DNA of 58,112 bases from Microgenomates group bacterium Gr01-1014_7 (GTDB lineage: Bacteria > Patescibacteriota > Microgenomatia > Daviesbacterales > UBA10151): positions 1 through 58,112 of the forward strand of contig VMGD01000009.1 in assembly GCA_007376405.1 (NCBI GenBank), written 5' to 3'. Shown here piece by piece: positions 16,096-25,611 of the stretch; the stretch's first letter is position 1; each line of letters starts with the position of its first letter. Under the pieces are notes generated by a model. It was not told where the DNA came from. It saw only the letters and a program-made list of their open reading frames with translations, and did not search any database. Both the position numbers and the translations under genes were made by a program.

Positions 16096-16924
16096 ATTTT
16101 TATATTTTAATCCTTTTACACCAACCTTTAAATTTTATCATCAGTAGGTAAGTATAATTATCTTACTTGTAATGCTGATTACAAGAATCATATCATGCCT
16201 AAATGGGCTTTGTCAAGCGTTAAAATGAACTCCTTTAGAACTACATATACTATTAAGAATTATTCATGAAGATTTCTTTATTAAAAATTAGGTAAAAATA
16301 ATAAAGGAAAACCCTCTCTATCTTCCTCTCATGCCTGTTTAGGCTGAGGCCCGTAAAGGGCCCTAAAACGGTTTGAAAGGGAAGGGGTGCTACCAAACAT
16401 CATGTAAATAAGCTTGTCACAAAGACCCAAACTATAAAACTTAATGAAAATAATTTGCATGAAAAATATTATGAATTTTTGGGGGCGAATATAGCCTTTT
16501 TAAGTACCAGAAAAATTTGGTAAAAATTTCCAGCTTTTGGAATTAAAATATTTCCTAAAGGTTCAAAAGGTCTCCCCTTGACCAAAATATATATCCATAT
16601 ATTGTGCGACATCAAACATAGAAGGGAATTTAAAAGACTTCCCAAAAAGAGGATAAGAGGAAGAGACTTCATCACTCTTTACCACGAAGTGGCAAGCTTT
16701 GCTTATCTTAACTGTTACTCTTATACCGGACAAGAACACCTCTCTTCTCGGGTGGGCTTCGGGTATTGTCAGTGAGTCCCATAGTTTTCCACATTCGTGC
16801 CTGTTGACTACATCAAACCATATCATACTTTCTTTTCACGAAAATTTGCATTTTTTTCACGCCTCTCCTCTACTTTAGCTTGTTATAACAATATAATTGA
16901 AAATTGTGAATTGAAAATTCAATT

Positions 16925-17737
16925 CTACCCTGTCCATGAAGTAGTCAGAAAGCTAACTATCAGGACCACCGCCCCTATCCCCAGATATTCCCAAACCAGC
17001 CTCCTGCTTCCCCTGCCCCGCAGGAAATTAGTGGTAAGTCCTATAAGGACATACATCGATGAAGAAAGAGCCAAAGACCAGATCGTGGTTGGCATTGGCC
17101 AAAAGGAAAAGGCCAGAGCCAGCTCCCCCATTACAAAACTCAACACCAAACTTTGTACAAAAACCGCTACTCCTACCTGATCTTCCATATTAATGGACCA
17201 AAGGACTTGTAAAATCAATGGGAAGGAAATCAAAAAAACAACCAGACCATTCCACAAAAATAATAAATTAAAAGCATAAACTACATTATATATAAAGAAG
17301 GCTGACAGAAGGGTAAAGAGAAAAGCTGCGGTTGAAGCAGCCCGGTAAAGCGGAATTGTTCTTATGGCTGCCACATTAAAGACGTTTTGAGCCAAAAGCA
17401 AAAGGTAAACAAAAAGTCCAAAGATAACAGCCACGGGCAGCCGGGTTAACCACCTGACCGGCAGTAAAAAATAAAAGCTGGCAACAGCCGCGGTAAAAAA
17501 AACCGGCAGGATCAGCAAAACCACAGCTTTGGTGAAGTTCAAACCTTCCCAAAGGGACCAGAGAGACAAAACATAAGATAAAATTGAAAGGCCCGCTATG
17601 AATTTAAACCTCAGATTAAAATCAACCAGTTGTGTTGATAGTAACCCTATAGTTAGTAGGGTTGAGGTTAAGATTATTTTTTGTCTTTTGTTTAGATTAA
17701 ATGGAGTCACTTTGCTGCTAATTTTAGCACATGGCAA
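16925..17737 (-). CDS. polytopic membrane protein, function unknown
   Basis: 270 aa with about 8 hydrophobic helices. Confidence 0.7.
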   Translation of the reverse strand: MPCAKISSKVTPFNLNKRQKIILTSTLLTIGLLSTQLVDFNLRFKFIAGLSILSYVLSLWSLWEGLNFTKAVVLLILPVFFTAAVASFYFLLPVRWLTRLPVAVIFGLFVYLLLLAQNVFNVAAIRTIPLYRAASTAAFLFTLLSAFFIYNVVYAFNLLFLWNGLVVFLISFPLILQVLWSINMEDQVGVAVFVQSLVLSFVMGELALAFSFWPMPTTIWSLALSSSMYVLIGLTTNFLRGRGSRRLVWEYLGIGAVVLIVSFLTTSWTG

Positions 17738-18240
17738 ATAGCAATGGCTAAGGCGTCGGTGGCGTCATCCAAATGTCCACCTTTCCATTTGAGCTTGAGT
17801 TTACTGCGTCTTCTGCCGTTAACCCCTAAAAATCTTCTGACTCCTTCATGAACCTGATCCTTATCGGCCCGTCCCGACCCGGCCACCATCAGTTTAACTG
17901 AAAGTCCAGCATACTCAGTTATGGAAACTTTGTGCTTGGCAGAAGACATTAAAACTATTCCCCTGGCCTGTCCAACAGCTATAGCAGTTTTTAAGTTTGC
18001 CCCAAAAAACAACATCTCTACAGCAATAGCATCAGGCTGGTATTTTTTTATTAAGTCATCCAAAGCTCGGGACAAAGTCCAAAGTCGCTCTGGCATTGGT
18101 TTCTCTTTATCAGTAAAGATATTTCCATAGCCAATCAGCTCAATATCATAGCGAAATTCCCTACCCAAAATATCATCAGGCACTTTTATTACTCCATATC
18201 CGGTTGTAGCTGTTCCAGGGTCAATCCCTAAAATTATCAT
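17707..18240 (-). CDS. ruvC: crossover junction endodeoxyribonuclease RuvC
   Basis: MIILGIDPGTATTGYGVI, AVEMLFF, DATDALAIAICH. The alternative start is 18258. Confidence 0.9.
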   Translation of the reverse strand: MIILGIDPGTATTGYGVIKVPDDILGREFRYDIELIGYGNIFTDKEKPMPERLWTLSRALDDLIKKYQPDAIAVEMLFFGANLKTAIAVGQARGIVLMSSAKHKVSITEYAGLSVKLMVAGSGRADKDQVHEGVRRFLGVNGRRRSKLKLKWKGGHLDDATDALAIAICHVLKLAAK

Positions 18241-18946
18241 ATACTTTTTGAATATCATCCATCTCCTCTAATTTTTCTATAAACTCTATTACTTTTTGGG
18301 CAACTTCTTTATCATTTATAGGTTGTAAAATAGTTGGTTTCATTACCAAATTCTGGTTCTCTACCCCAAATCCTGCCTGAGTAATTTTATTACCCACTTC
18401 GACAAGTTTACTTCCCTCAGTGTAAACTAAATACCCTTGCATGAGGGGCTCTATATCTTCTGCCCCAAGATCTATTAATTCCAGTTGCTCATCTTCACTG
18501 CTGCCCCCTTTAGACACTACTTTTACCTCTCCTTTTGCCGAAAACATATAGGCCGTACTCCCCGACCCTCCCAAACTCCCTCCTGCTCTTTCAAAAATAT
18601 TCTTAATTTCCTGCAAAGTCCTCAATTTATTATCTGTTACTCCCTCCAGGTAAAAGGCCACTTTACCGGGCCCGAATCCTTCATAAGTAACTTCCTCCAG
18701 AGTTTGTCCGGGAAGCTTACCCAATCCCCTGTCAATGGCCCTCTGGACATTTTCCTTGGGCATGTTAACAGCTCTTGCAGCCTCCATCCCCATCCTTAGC
18801 CTCGGGTTTGAGTCAGGGTCACCTGATCCACCCTGTTTAACAGCTATGGTTATAGCGTTAGCCACCTTGGTAAAAGTTTGGCCCCTTTTTATATCCGCAG
18901 CCCCTTTTTGCCGCTTTATAGTAGACCATTTAGAATGTCCACTCAT
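18221..18946 (-). CDS. YebC/PmpR family DNA-binding transcriptional regulator
   Basis: MSGHSKWSTIKRQKGAADIKRGQTFTK. Confidence 0.9.
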   Translation of the reverse strand: MSGHSKWSTIKRQKGAADIKRGQTFTKVANAITIAVKQGGSGDPDSNPRLRMGMEAARAVNMPKENVQRAIDRGLGKLPGQTLEEVTYEGFGPGKVAFYLEGVTDNKLRTLQEIKNIFERAGGSLGGSGSTAYMFSAKGEVKVVSKGGSSEDEQLELIDLGAEDIEPLMQGYLVYTEGSKLVEVGNKITQAGFGVENQNLVMKPTILQPINDKEVAQKVIEFIEKLEEMDDIQKVYDNFRD

Positions 18947-18972
18947 AAGGATAAATGGTAACACACCTAAAT

Positions 18973-19230
18973 CTATCCGTAAACGCCCTGGCGGTGTTCA
19001 ATTTTAACTATCTCAAGCCTACTCTCTTTGGGATTAAACTTATATACTATTCTATAATCACCTATCCTAAACTTATATTTACCTCCAAGTTCCCCTCCCA
19101 GTTTAGCACCAGCCAAAGGATTGGTTTTTAGTTTATCAAACGCTTCGTCTATTTTATTTTGAATTTTGAGCGGAAATTTAGAAATTGCTTTATCAGCTTT
19201 ATTGGAAAGAAGGAATATTTTAGCGGACAT
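18973..19230 (-). CDS. type II toxin, RelE/ParE family
   Basis: 85 aa, YRIVYKFNPKESRLEIVKIEHRQGVY. Overlaps the antitoxin gene. Confidence 0.8.
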   Translation of the reverse strand: MSAKIFLLSNKADKAISKFPLKIQNKIDEAFDKLKTNPLAGAKLGGELGGKYKFRIGDYRIVYKFNPKESRLEIVKIEHRQGVYG

Positions 19231-19495
19231 TTCTTTTCTTTAGTTTTTCTTTAAATTCTTCCAGAGTTACATATTCTCCTCTTGCAATCTCTGCCTCGGC
19301 TTCTTTTATATCCGCCGTAGAATGCTCTAGGGTGTAGATGGTTTCTTCAAGCAAGTCAAGATAATCCGGAGATACCAAAGTAGCTTTTACCCTGCCATTT
19401 TTAGTTAGATCTACACGGGTATATTCCTCGTCTATCATATCAACGAGTTTGAGTAAATCTTTTCTTGCTTCGGTTACAGGTATTACTTGAGTCAT
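19220..19495 (-). CDS. type II antitoxin, Phd/YefM family
   Basis: MTQVIPVTEARKDLLKLVD...GRVKATLVSPDYLDLLEET. The alternative GTG start is at 19513. Confidence 0.8.
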   Translation of the reverse strand: MTQVIPVTEARKDLLKLVDMIDEEYTRVDLTKNGRVKATLVSPDYLDLLEETIYTLEHSTADIKEAEAEIARGEYVTLEEFKEKLKKRNVR

Positions 19496-19553
19496 GATAA
19501 AAAGAGTGTACACTTAAATGAGCACTTTGTCAATACCAACAATTCCCGAAACA

Positions 19554-19583
19554 TTGACAAGGTTACCCTTTTATCTCTATACT
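19554..19583 (+). promoter_or_regulatory. sigma70-like promoter TTGACA-18-TATACT upstream of the TPR gene
   Basis: TTGACA at 19554-19559 and TATACT at 19578-19583, with the ATG at 19596. Confidence 0.4.
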
Positions 19584-19595
19584 CTTTGGCGAAGA

Positions 19596-20345
19596 ATGGA
19601 CAATCCGCAGTCATCAAATCTCTCAGGACTGGCAATAGACGCGGCGCTTACTTCCCGATGGGATGAGGCTTTAAAACTTAATAGAAAAATCATCAAACTT
19701 GACCCTCAAAATGTGGATGCGCTAAACCGCCAGGCCCGGGTTTATATGGAAATGGGAAGATATAATTTGGCTAAAAAATATTACAGCCAGGTAGCAAAGA
19801 TCGACCCGTACAACCCTATTGCCTTAAAAAACTTAAAGATAATTAAGGCTTTTAAACCCAACGGAAGGAATGAGGAGTACCATGAAAATCATACTGGCGG
19901 GGTTTCCCCTTCTTTCAAGCTGGAAGCTTCCCTTTTTTTGCAGGAGCCGGGAAAAACTAAGGTTGTAGCACTCCTTAAGGTGGCGGAGCCGCAAAAACTT
20001 TCCCAGGCATATTGCGGAATGAAAGTTAACATGGTGGTTAAAAATCACGGAATCACTATAATTGATCCAAACTTAAATTACCTCGGGGTTTTGCCGGATG
20101 ACACCAGCCATCATCTGCTCAAACTAATCCGCGGAGGAAATAAATATGATTTATTTATTAAGTCTATCAGGGTTAACGGCTTAGCCGTTCTCATAAAAGA
20201 AACTCACAGAAGTAAAAGATTTAAAAACCAGCCCTCATTTTTGGAAAGCTCGGGCACAGTTCCAACTACGGAGATGTTTACTCCGCTTGATCGTGATGGC
20301 ACGGATGAAGAACTGGCAGAAGCCGAAGAAGAAGCGGTTGTTTAA
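19596..20345 (+). CDS. TPR-repeat protein
   Basis: DEALKLNRKIIKLDPQNVDALNRQARVYMEMGRYNLAKKYYSQVAKIDPYNPIA. The long ORF starts at 19518 but would include the promoter-like hexamers. Confidence 0.7.
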   Translation: MDNPQSSNLSGLAIDAALTSRWDEALKLNRKIIKLDPQNVDALNRQARVYMEMGRYNLAKKYYSQVAKIDPYNPIALKNLKIIKAFKPNGRNEEYHENHTGGVSPSFKLEASLFLQEPGKTKVVALLKVAEPQKLSQAYCGMKVNMVVKNHGITIIDPNLNYLGVLPDDTSHHLLKLIRGGNKYDLFIKSIRVNGLAVLIKETHRSKRFKNQPSFLESSGTVPTTEMFTPLDRDGTDEELAEAEEEAVV

Positions 20346-20467
20346 TGGCTTCTGCGTTTGGATGTTTTGGATGTCCAAAGAGTTAGTCCTGCCAAAAACA
20401 TAATTGCGATTAGTAACAAGGTATAAGCTACGGCAGTACTGGTAAAAAAGTTTTCAGCGTTTATCAT
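20342..20467 (-). CDS. 41-aa single-TM small protein (below the ORF-track cutoff)
   Basis: MINAENFFTSTAVAYTLLLIAIMFLAGLTLWTSKTSKRRSH. TM helix plus basic tail. Its ATG overlaps the stop region of the upstream small ORF. Confidence 0.3.
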   Translation of the reverse strand: MINAENFFTSTAVAYTLLLIAIMFLAGLTLWTSKTSKRRSH

Positions 20468-20675
20468 AATAATTTTTCCTTTCAGTCAACCAGAAACTTA
20501 ACAATAATCCCACTATACCAAATGGTAGATTTGTAATCAATAGGTTTATATATCGATCAGCAGGAATGCCAAAAAATCCCGGGCTAACCACCAGTATTCC
20601 AAACCATCCGGAAGTTAAATTAACAGATATTGAAGCTAAAACCTCAAAGCTGGTCTTTACGGAAAAATAATGCAC
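20454..20675 (-). CDS. small two-TM membrane protein
   Basis: 73 aa with two hydrophobic segments. Confidence 0.4.
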   Translation of the reverse strand: MHYFSVKTSFEVLASISVNLTSGWFGILVVSPGFFGIPADRYINLLITNLPFGIVGLLLSFWLTERKNYYDKR

Positions 20676-20707
20676 AGAAAAATTATAACACTACCAAACT
20701 CCAAATT

Positions 20708-21367
20708 TCATTTTAAAGGTTTATCACCTTCAACAAATCCTTTGAAAGTACCATCTAAATCAAATCCATTAGCAATTAGTATTAAATACCCTATTGTGCT
20801 TCCCTTAAACACTGATTGAGGAATAATATGGCTTTGAAATTGAGCTCGCACTAGGTTGTCGATGTCACTAGGATTACTCAACCCATATCCTGTTTCCAAA
20901 ACATCAAGTTCTCTGGCAAAAATCCATAATGTAGGAGTATTTTCATCCAAAATTTCTGCAGCTTTCCAAAATCTATCTTTAGCGGTCAACATATCTGAAC
21001 GTGTAATTCCAAATTGGCTAAACGTCCAATCTTTTGCTCGTTCTAATGCCTGAAAAAAGTCCGCTGGATTATCTGGTACAGGCTCTCTCTTTCTATATTT
21101 TTGATAAGCTGCTACCAGTTCAACCATATTCCAGGCTACTAATAAATCTCCACGCCGTAATAGTTTCCCTGTCATATACTCTGGCAACCCATTAGGATAA
21201 TTTATCTCATCAATCGCAGATTGTGATCTTACTACATCAGCGAATCTGTTTCTATAACCAGAACGTGAGGGTAAACCTACATCCCCTCTCATTCTGGCAA
21301 ATACAGCCTCTCTTTCCTGATTATTTAGTCCATAGCTACCTGAATTTTGTCCTACAAACTCGCTCAT
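20708..21367 (-). CDS. hypothetical protein
   Basis: 219-aa ORF with non-repetitive composition. No motif recognised. Confidence 0.65.
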   Translation of the reverse strand: MSEFVGQNSGSYGLNNQEREAVFARMRGDVGLPSRSGYRNRFADVVRSQSAIDEINYPNGLPEYMTGKLLRRGDLLVAWNMVELVAAYQKYRKREPVPDNPADFFQALERAKDWTFSQFGITRSDMLTAKDRFWKAAEILDENTPTLWIFARELDVLETGYGLSNPSDIDNLVRAQFQSHIIPQSVFKGSTIGYLILIANGFDLDGTFKGFVEGDKPLK

Positions 21368-21390
21368 GACGTAAAATTATATCATTTATC

Positions 21391-22089
21391 CTATATTTTA
21401 ATCAAACTCAAGATTTCATCAGGAGTTAAATGGGGGTTTTCATTAGCCACTGCGTAACTTCTGTTTTTATAAAATTCCAAAATTTGAGAATCGGAAAAGA
21501 CTTTTGGTAGTTTGTACAATTTATGGGGAGCTAATTTTTCTAACTCTTCCAGTAACTGTTTTCTCCTTGACTGACTGTCTGATACTACTATTGCCCTAAT
21601 TTGAGGTTTAAAAGCCCTTGAAATTAACACTTGCCACCAGAAATGCTCGGATTCATTAAGCTGCGGAAAATTGACAAATACCCCTTTCCCCTTTACGCGC
21701 TTGTCCCGAGCGTAGTCGAGGGATTCCCCTTTCCCCTCTTTAATCCCTACTTCCCAGGCGGAAATCCGATCCGAACTAACATCCGTATAGTCCTCAAGCT
21801 CAAGGAGATCAAGCATATCATATAGATCTGCAAGTAACTTTGGGCCGAATATAAGCAGTGTTGATTTATTTCCCTTGAAAAGCCTTTCAAAACTTAAAAT
21901 TAAATTGCGCTTTAAAAAATCCTCTGCAAGATTAGTTAAAATTCTGCTGTTGAGAGCCTTCGGATTACGGATTAAAAATAGTGCATACTGAGACTCTGAG
22001 GGAATTTCCTGGTAATCCTTCATGGATCGAAGAGCCAGCAGAAAAGATATAGCTACAATCACAATAAAAAGCACTATCCATAAAATCAT
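21391..22089 (-). CDS. N-terminally anchored hypothetical protein carrying an in-frame mini-repeat insertion
   Basis: TM segment MILWIVLFIVIVAISFLLAL. ATGA-type overlap with the upstream LCP gene. Confidence 0.7.
   Translation of the reverse strand: MILWIVLFIVIVAISFLLALRSMKDYQEIPSESQYALFLIRNPKALNSRILTNLAEDFLKRNLILSFERLFKGNKSTLLIFGPKLLADLYDMLDLLELEDYTDVSSDRISAWEVGIKEGKGESLDYARDKRVKGKGVFVNFPQLNESEHFWWQVLISRAFKPQIRAIVVSDSQSRRKQLLEELEKLAPHKLYKLPKVFSDSQILEFYKNRSYAVANENPHLTPDEILSLIKI
21681..21737 (-). repeat. GC-rich mini-repeat (core 21700-21724) flanked by identical 12-bp direct repeats
   Basis: cccctttcccct at 21681-21692 and again at 21726-21737. The 45-bp period keeps the frame (GKG-ESLDYARDKRVK-GKG). 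Confidence 0.65.
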
Positions 22090-23051
22090 AATGATGACGC
22101 GAAGTCTTCTCCAAGAAAAACATTAATCTGGGCCCTGGATGAAACTTCTTCCGCTAAATTGGGGTCACCAAATATTTGCCAAAGCCGATCCAGCGTTTTT
22201 GATTTTTCACCCGAAATAACTGTTTTTTCCAGTCTTTTTTCCGAATTTGTAGTGATAATAACATCTCCTCCAATATTGCTGATTATTCTGGCTGCCTTTA
22301 CTGCCAGCTGTGGATGATCTGTGGAGTTAAAAACAGCTATAGTTTTGTGCTCAGCTTTAATAACCGGATCAACCATATTGGAGATGGCAGAATCCAGTCT
22401 TTGGCTGTCAACAGTCAGCACTTCTGTTCCATCTGCCAAACCGGTTTTTTCCAAAATTCCCTTGCTTTCCAGGTTAACCTGGTTTAATTTATCAAAACGA
22501 ACCCTGCTCATCCCCATCTTTAGCCGGATCAGTTCAACCGGAGTAAGATCGCTTCTGAGATTTTGCAAAATACTAACCAGAGAAAAAGGGTCTTTTAACT
22601 GCATGATTAAACTATCTGTAGGCATTTTTGAGAATTTCCCGGTAAAATCCAAAATCCCCTCAATTGGTAAACCAAAAAACTGACTAAGGCTTGCTCTTAG
22701 CAGATCATCCCCTCCCAAATCATAAATAGATGAAACCTGCCATTTACCAAATCCGCGGGCAACTTCCAAAAAAGTTGCATCGGGAATATTTATGAAGTTT
22801 ATTTTTTGGTCTTTTGGGTTAAAGGAAACAAGGGAAATCTCCTTAGCGCGGATCAAAAAATTAAGATTAAAATCTCCATTCCAAAGATAACTCTTAGATG
22901 ATGTTACTTTCCAGGGGCTAAACATAGTTTGGGTCAGCTTAACTGCCTGGGATAAAAGCAGCAAGCTTAAAACTATCCCCAGAGTTATCACTGCCAGCCT
23001 GAGTGTTTTCGCTGTTCGTCTTTTTGATTGAGAGAGTTTCCAGCCGCGCAT
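22086..23051 (-). CDS. LytR-CpsA-Psr (LCP) family protein with LytR_C-like C-terminus
   Basis: N-terminal TM segment. ISLVSFNPKDQKINFINIPDATFLEV...KWQVSSIY and the C-terminal IAVFNSTDHPQLAVKAARII. Confidence 0.7.
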   Translation of the reverse strand: MRGWKLSQSKRRTAKTLRLAVITLGIVLSLLLLSQAVKLTQTMFSPWKVTSSKSYLWNGDFNLNFLIRAKEISLVSFNPKDQKINFINIPDATFLEVARGFGKWQVSSIYDLGGDDLLRASLSQFFGLPIEGILDFTGKFSKMPTDSLIMQLKDPFSLVSILQNLRSDLTPVELIRLKMGMSRVRFDKLNQVNLESKGILEKTGLADGTEVLTVDSQRLDSAISNMVDPVIKAEHKTIAVFNSTDHPQLAVKAARIISNIGGDVIITTNSEKRLEKTVISGEKSKTLDRLWQIFGDPNLAEEVSSRAQINVFLGEDFASSL

Positions 23052-23075
23052 ACTATTAGTTTAAACAATTCCCCC

Positions 23076-23105
23076 TTGACCGCGCAAGTATTTTAAAGCT
23101 ACACT
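23076..23105 (+). promoter_or_regulatory. candidate promoter TTGACC-18-TACACT for the small Cys-rich ORF
   Basis: TTGACC at 23076-23081 and TACACT at 23100-23105. The GAGGGGGTGA SD lies 8 nt before the ATG at 23137. Confidence 0.35.
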
Positions 23106-23136
23106 TAAAGTATACGAGAGGGGGTGAGTTTATTTT

Positions 23137-23412
23137 ATGGACGATCAAAATAATCCAGGCGGCGGAACTCCGGCAGATGATCAGGGTGGTGGACAAACCC
23201 CACCTGCAACTGATCAATCGGCAGAAACACCGGTAACACAATCTGAAGAAAAATGTGTTACTTGCGGAAATCAAGCTTCCGGTGGAAATTGTGTTGCCTG
23301 CGGCCAGGGATCAATCAGTTGTACTTGCACACCTTCAGGTGGATCGCAGCCTCAAGGTTCTGGCCCTGCCATGGGTGGAGGTGAGACACCTCAAGGCGCA
23401 CCTGCAATGTAA
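23137..23412 (+). CDS. small Gly/Pro/Cys-rich protein with CxxC...CxxC zinc-ribbon-like core
   Basis: CVTCGNQASGGNCVACGQGSISCTC. Has its own SD and a downstream terminator. Confidence 0.6.
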   Translation: MDDQNNPGGGTPADDQGGGQTPPATDQSAETPVTQSEEKCVTCGNQASGGNCVACGQGSISCTCTPSGGSQPQGSGPAMGGGETPQGAPAM

Positions 23413-23426
23413 GAAGATAAAAGTAT

Positions 23427-23464
23427 CACGGGTGGTAAAGTTTTACTGCCCGTGGTATTTTTTT
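23427..23464 (+). terminator. rho-independent terminator
   Basis: CACGGG..GGTAAA-gt-TTTAC..CCCGTG stem followed by TATTTTTTT. Confidence 0.65.
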
Positions 23465-23483
23465 AGCTACCCATTGAACCGTA

Positions 23484-23747
23484 TTACTTTACTGTCGGAG
23501 GAGGATTTGAAGACATATCAACCTGATATTTAGTCATAAGTGAATCCATTCTAGGTGGAGAAACGCCCAAAATTTCACCTGCTATCATGGGGTCTATAAT
23601 TTCCCCCCTTAGAATATCCATAACGTAAATTGTTTTTGCTTTTGCAGCTATCTCCTCTGGGGTATCTCCAAGAAGATATGTAACCTCCTCCGGCAACTCA
23701 AATTCAACTGCGATTCTGACCCATCCAGCCCGAGCAACTTCTACCAT
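23484..23747 (-). CDS. UPF0175-family HTH antitoxin-like protein
   Basis: IAVEFELPEEVTYLL...EIAAKAKTIYVMDILRGEI..MIAGEILGVSPPRMDSLMTKYQV pattern. Confidence 0.55.
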   Translation of the reverse strand: MVEVARAGWVRIAVEFELPEEVTYLLGDTPEEIAAKAKTIYVMDILRGEIIDPMIAGEILGVSPPRMDSLMTKYQVDMSSNPPPTVK

Positions 23748-23884
23748 AGTTATTGTAGAATACCATAAAAACATTAGTAGTCAAGATATCTATTTTGTTA
23801 AGGTTTTAATCAGAAAATTAACTTTTACCTGCTTTTTCTTTTGGAGCGTTCTGCAAGGGTGGGATATGAAACTATGGCTATAAA

Positions 23885-25603
23885 TTACTCCCATGCCAAA
23901 GTCTTTTTAGACAGTCTTTCCAGTTCAATTCTGCTTCTATCCTTAAAGAAATCCCCATCCTCCATATGGTCCTTTAATTTTTCCACCAGAAAATCTCCTG
24001 CCAAAATCTCCGGAATTATTACAAAGTCCGCACCCTTTTTATATAAAGACTGGGCATCATCCGGCGTTTCCGCCCTGACAATTACCGGAATATTAATGTG
24101 CCTTGACTTTAACTCTTCCAAAAGAAGCAAATTATCATCCAAACTGGCAGAAGTAGAAATCACCATACGGGCATTGTTCAAATTTAGCCCGTCCAAAACT
24201 TCCGGGTCCCCCATATCCCCATAAACCACCGGAATTTTTTCAGCAAGCAATGCCTCAACCTGATGAGGATTAAAATCCAAAACTATTTGAGCTATCTTTT
24301 CTTTCTTTAAAAGTTTAACTATCTCTCCCCCTACCTTTCTTGCGCCAATTACGATCACGTGGCCTTTTACATCGTGAGCTTCCATATTTTGATTAACCCA
24401 ATCCCCTGCAAAATGTTTTGATTTCCTTTCAAAAAATCCCAAAACCGGTCCTAATCTCTTATATAATCTATTGGAGTTTGTAATCATAATTGAGGCCACA
24501 ATCATTGAAAGCACTGCCGATAAAGCAATGGTGGTGAGGGCTGACCGGCTTACAACTCCCAGTTCAAATCCTACTAAAAGTAAAATTAAAGAAAATTCAC
24601 TGATGTGGGTTAAGCTTAAAGAGGTTTGAAACATAGTATGTTTTCTGAATCCGAAAATTCCAAGTATAAGTAGAAAGATTGTGGGTTTAATAAGTAATGT
24701 ATAGCCTGTGAAGATAAACATTAGAGGATAAATTTTGTCAACTTCCGTAAAATCAACCTGTGTCCCTAAATAAACAAAAAACAATGCAACAAAAAACTCC
24801 CGTAGAGGCTTTACCTTTCCCTGAATTTGGAAGTGGAATGGAGAACTCGCTAGCGCCACACCGGCCAGAAATGCGCCAATTACAACCGAAAAACCCAAAA
24901 GGATGGCAAAAGAAATGTATATAAAACACCAAGCCAGTGCGGTGATAAAAAGCAACTCATTTTGTCTGGATACTGCCTTAAACACTCCTGATAAGAGGTA
25001 TTTGCTGGATAATGTGGCAAGCCCGAAAAGTAAAACCGCTTTCAACAAAAGTGCAATAAGAGGAAAAGTTTGCTGAAGACCTAAGCCGAAAACCGAATTT
25101 GAAACAGTCAAAAAAACCAAAAGCAATACTGCCAAAAGATCCTCCAAAAGAAGTATTCCTACAGCCAATTTGCCATAAAGTGCGCCTGCATCCTTCTTAT
25201 CAATCAAAAGCTTCACTACCAAAATTGTTGATGAGAAGGCAAGTCCCACCCCTAAATACCATGACTCAATTGCCCCAAAACCTAAAAGCTGGGCAATGCT
25301 TGAACCTGTAATTGTGGTTATAAAAATTTGCAGTATCCCGGCCAAAAGAATCGGTTTACCCAGGCTTTTAATCTCGCGGAAATCAAGTTCCATCCCAACC
25401 AAAAACAGCACAAAAGCAATCCCTATCTCGGGAAAAAAATGTAAAACTTCCGATGCTCTGGGATCAAAAATGGCAGTTGAGGCAATCAAAAGTCCTCCTA
25501 TAAGATAGGCAACTAAAAGGGGCAGTTTAAGTCTAAAGGTAATAAAACCTAAGATTGAGGATAAACCCAGTATTATGGCAAGTTGTAGAAAAATATTATT
25601 CAT
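23885..25603 (-). CDS. CPA2 cation:proton antiporter (Kef-type) fused to an RCK/TrkA-N domain
   Basis: About 12 TM helices, then GHVIVIGARKVGGEIVKLL...VVYGDMGDPEVL. Confidence 0.85.
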   Translation of the reverse strand: MNNIFLQLAIILGLSSILGFITFRLKLPLLVAYLIGGLLIASTAIFDPRASEVLHFFPEIGIAFVLFLVGMELDFREIKSLGKPILLAGILQIFITTITGSSIAQLLGFGAIESWYLGVGLAFSSTILVVKLLIDKKDAGALYGKLAVGILLLEDLLAVLLLVFLTVSNSVFGLGLQQTFPLIALLLKAVLLFGLATLSSKYLLSGVFKAVSRQNELLFITALAWCFIYISFAILLGFSVVIGAFLAGVALASSPFHFQIQGKVKPLREFFVALFFVYLGTQVDFTEVDKIYPLMFIFTGYTLLIKPTIFLLILGIFGFRKHTMFQTSLSLTHISEFSLILLLVGFELGVVSRSALTTIALSAVLSMIVASIMITNSNRLYKRLGPVLGFFERKSKHFAGDWVNQNMEAHDVKGHVIVIGARKVGGEIVKLLKKEKIAQIVLDFNPHQVEALLAEKIPVVYGDMGDPEVLDGLNLNNARMVISTSASLDDNLLLLEELKSRHINIPVIVRAETPDDAQSLYKKGADFVIIPEILAGDFLVEKLKDHMEDGDFFKDRSRIELERLSKKTLAWE

Positions 25604-25611
25604 AATTTAAG

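Noticed and set aside
23841-24224. 127-aa plus-strand ORF, and other ORFs antisense to well-supported genes (for example 1571-1768, 17921-18130, 18485-19007, 27661-27960, 35668-36850, 41122-41745, 51621-52051, 52581-52961, 55881-56291)
   Set aside because: They are fully embedded antisense in genes with clear family signatures. Their composition is typical of shadow ORFs.
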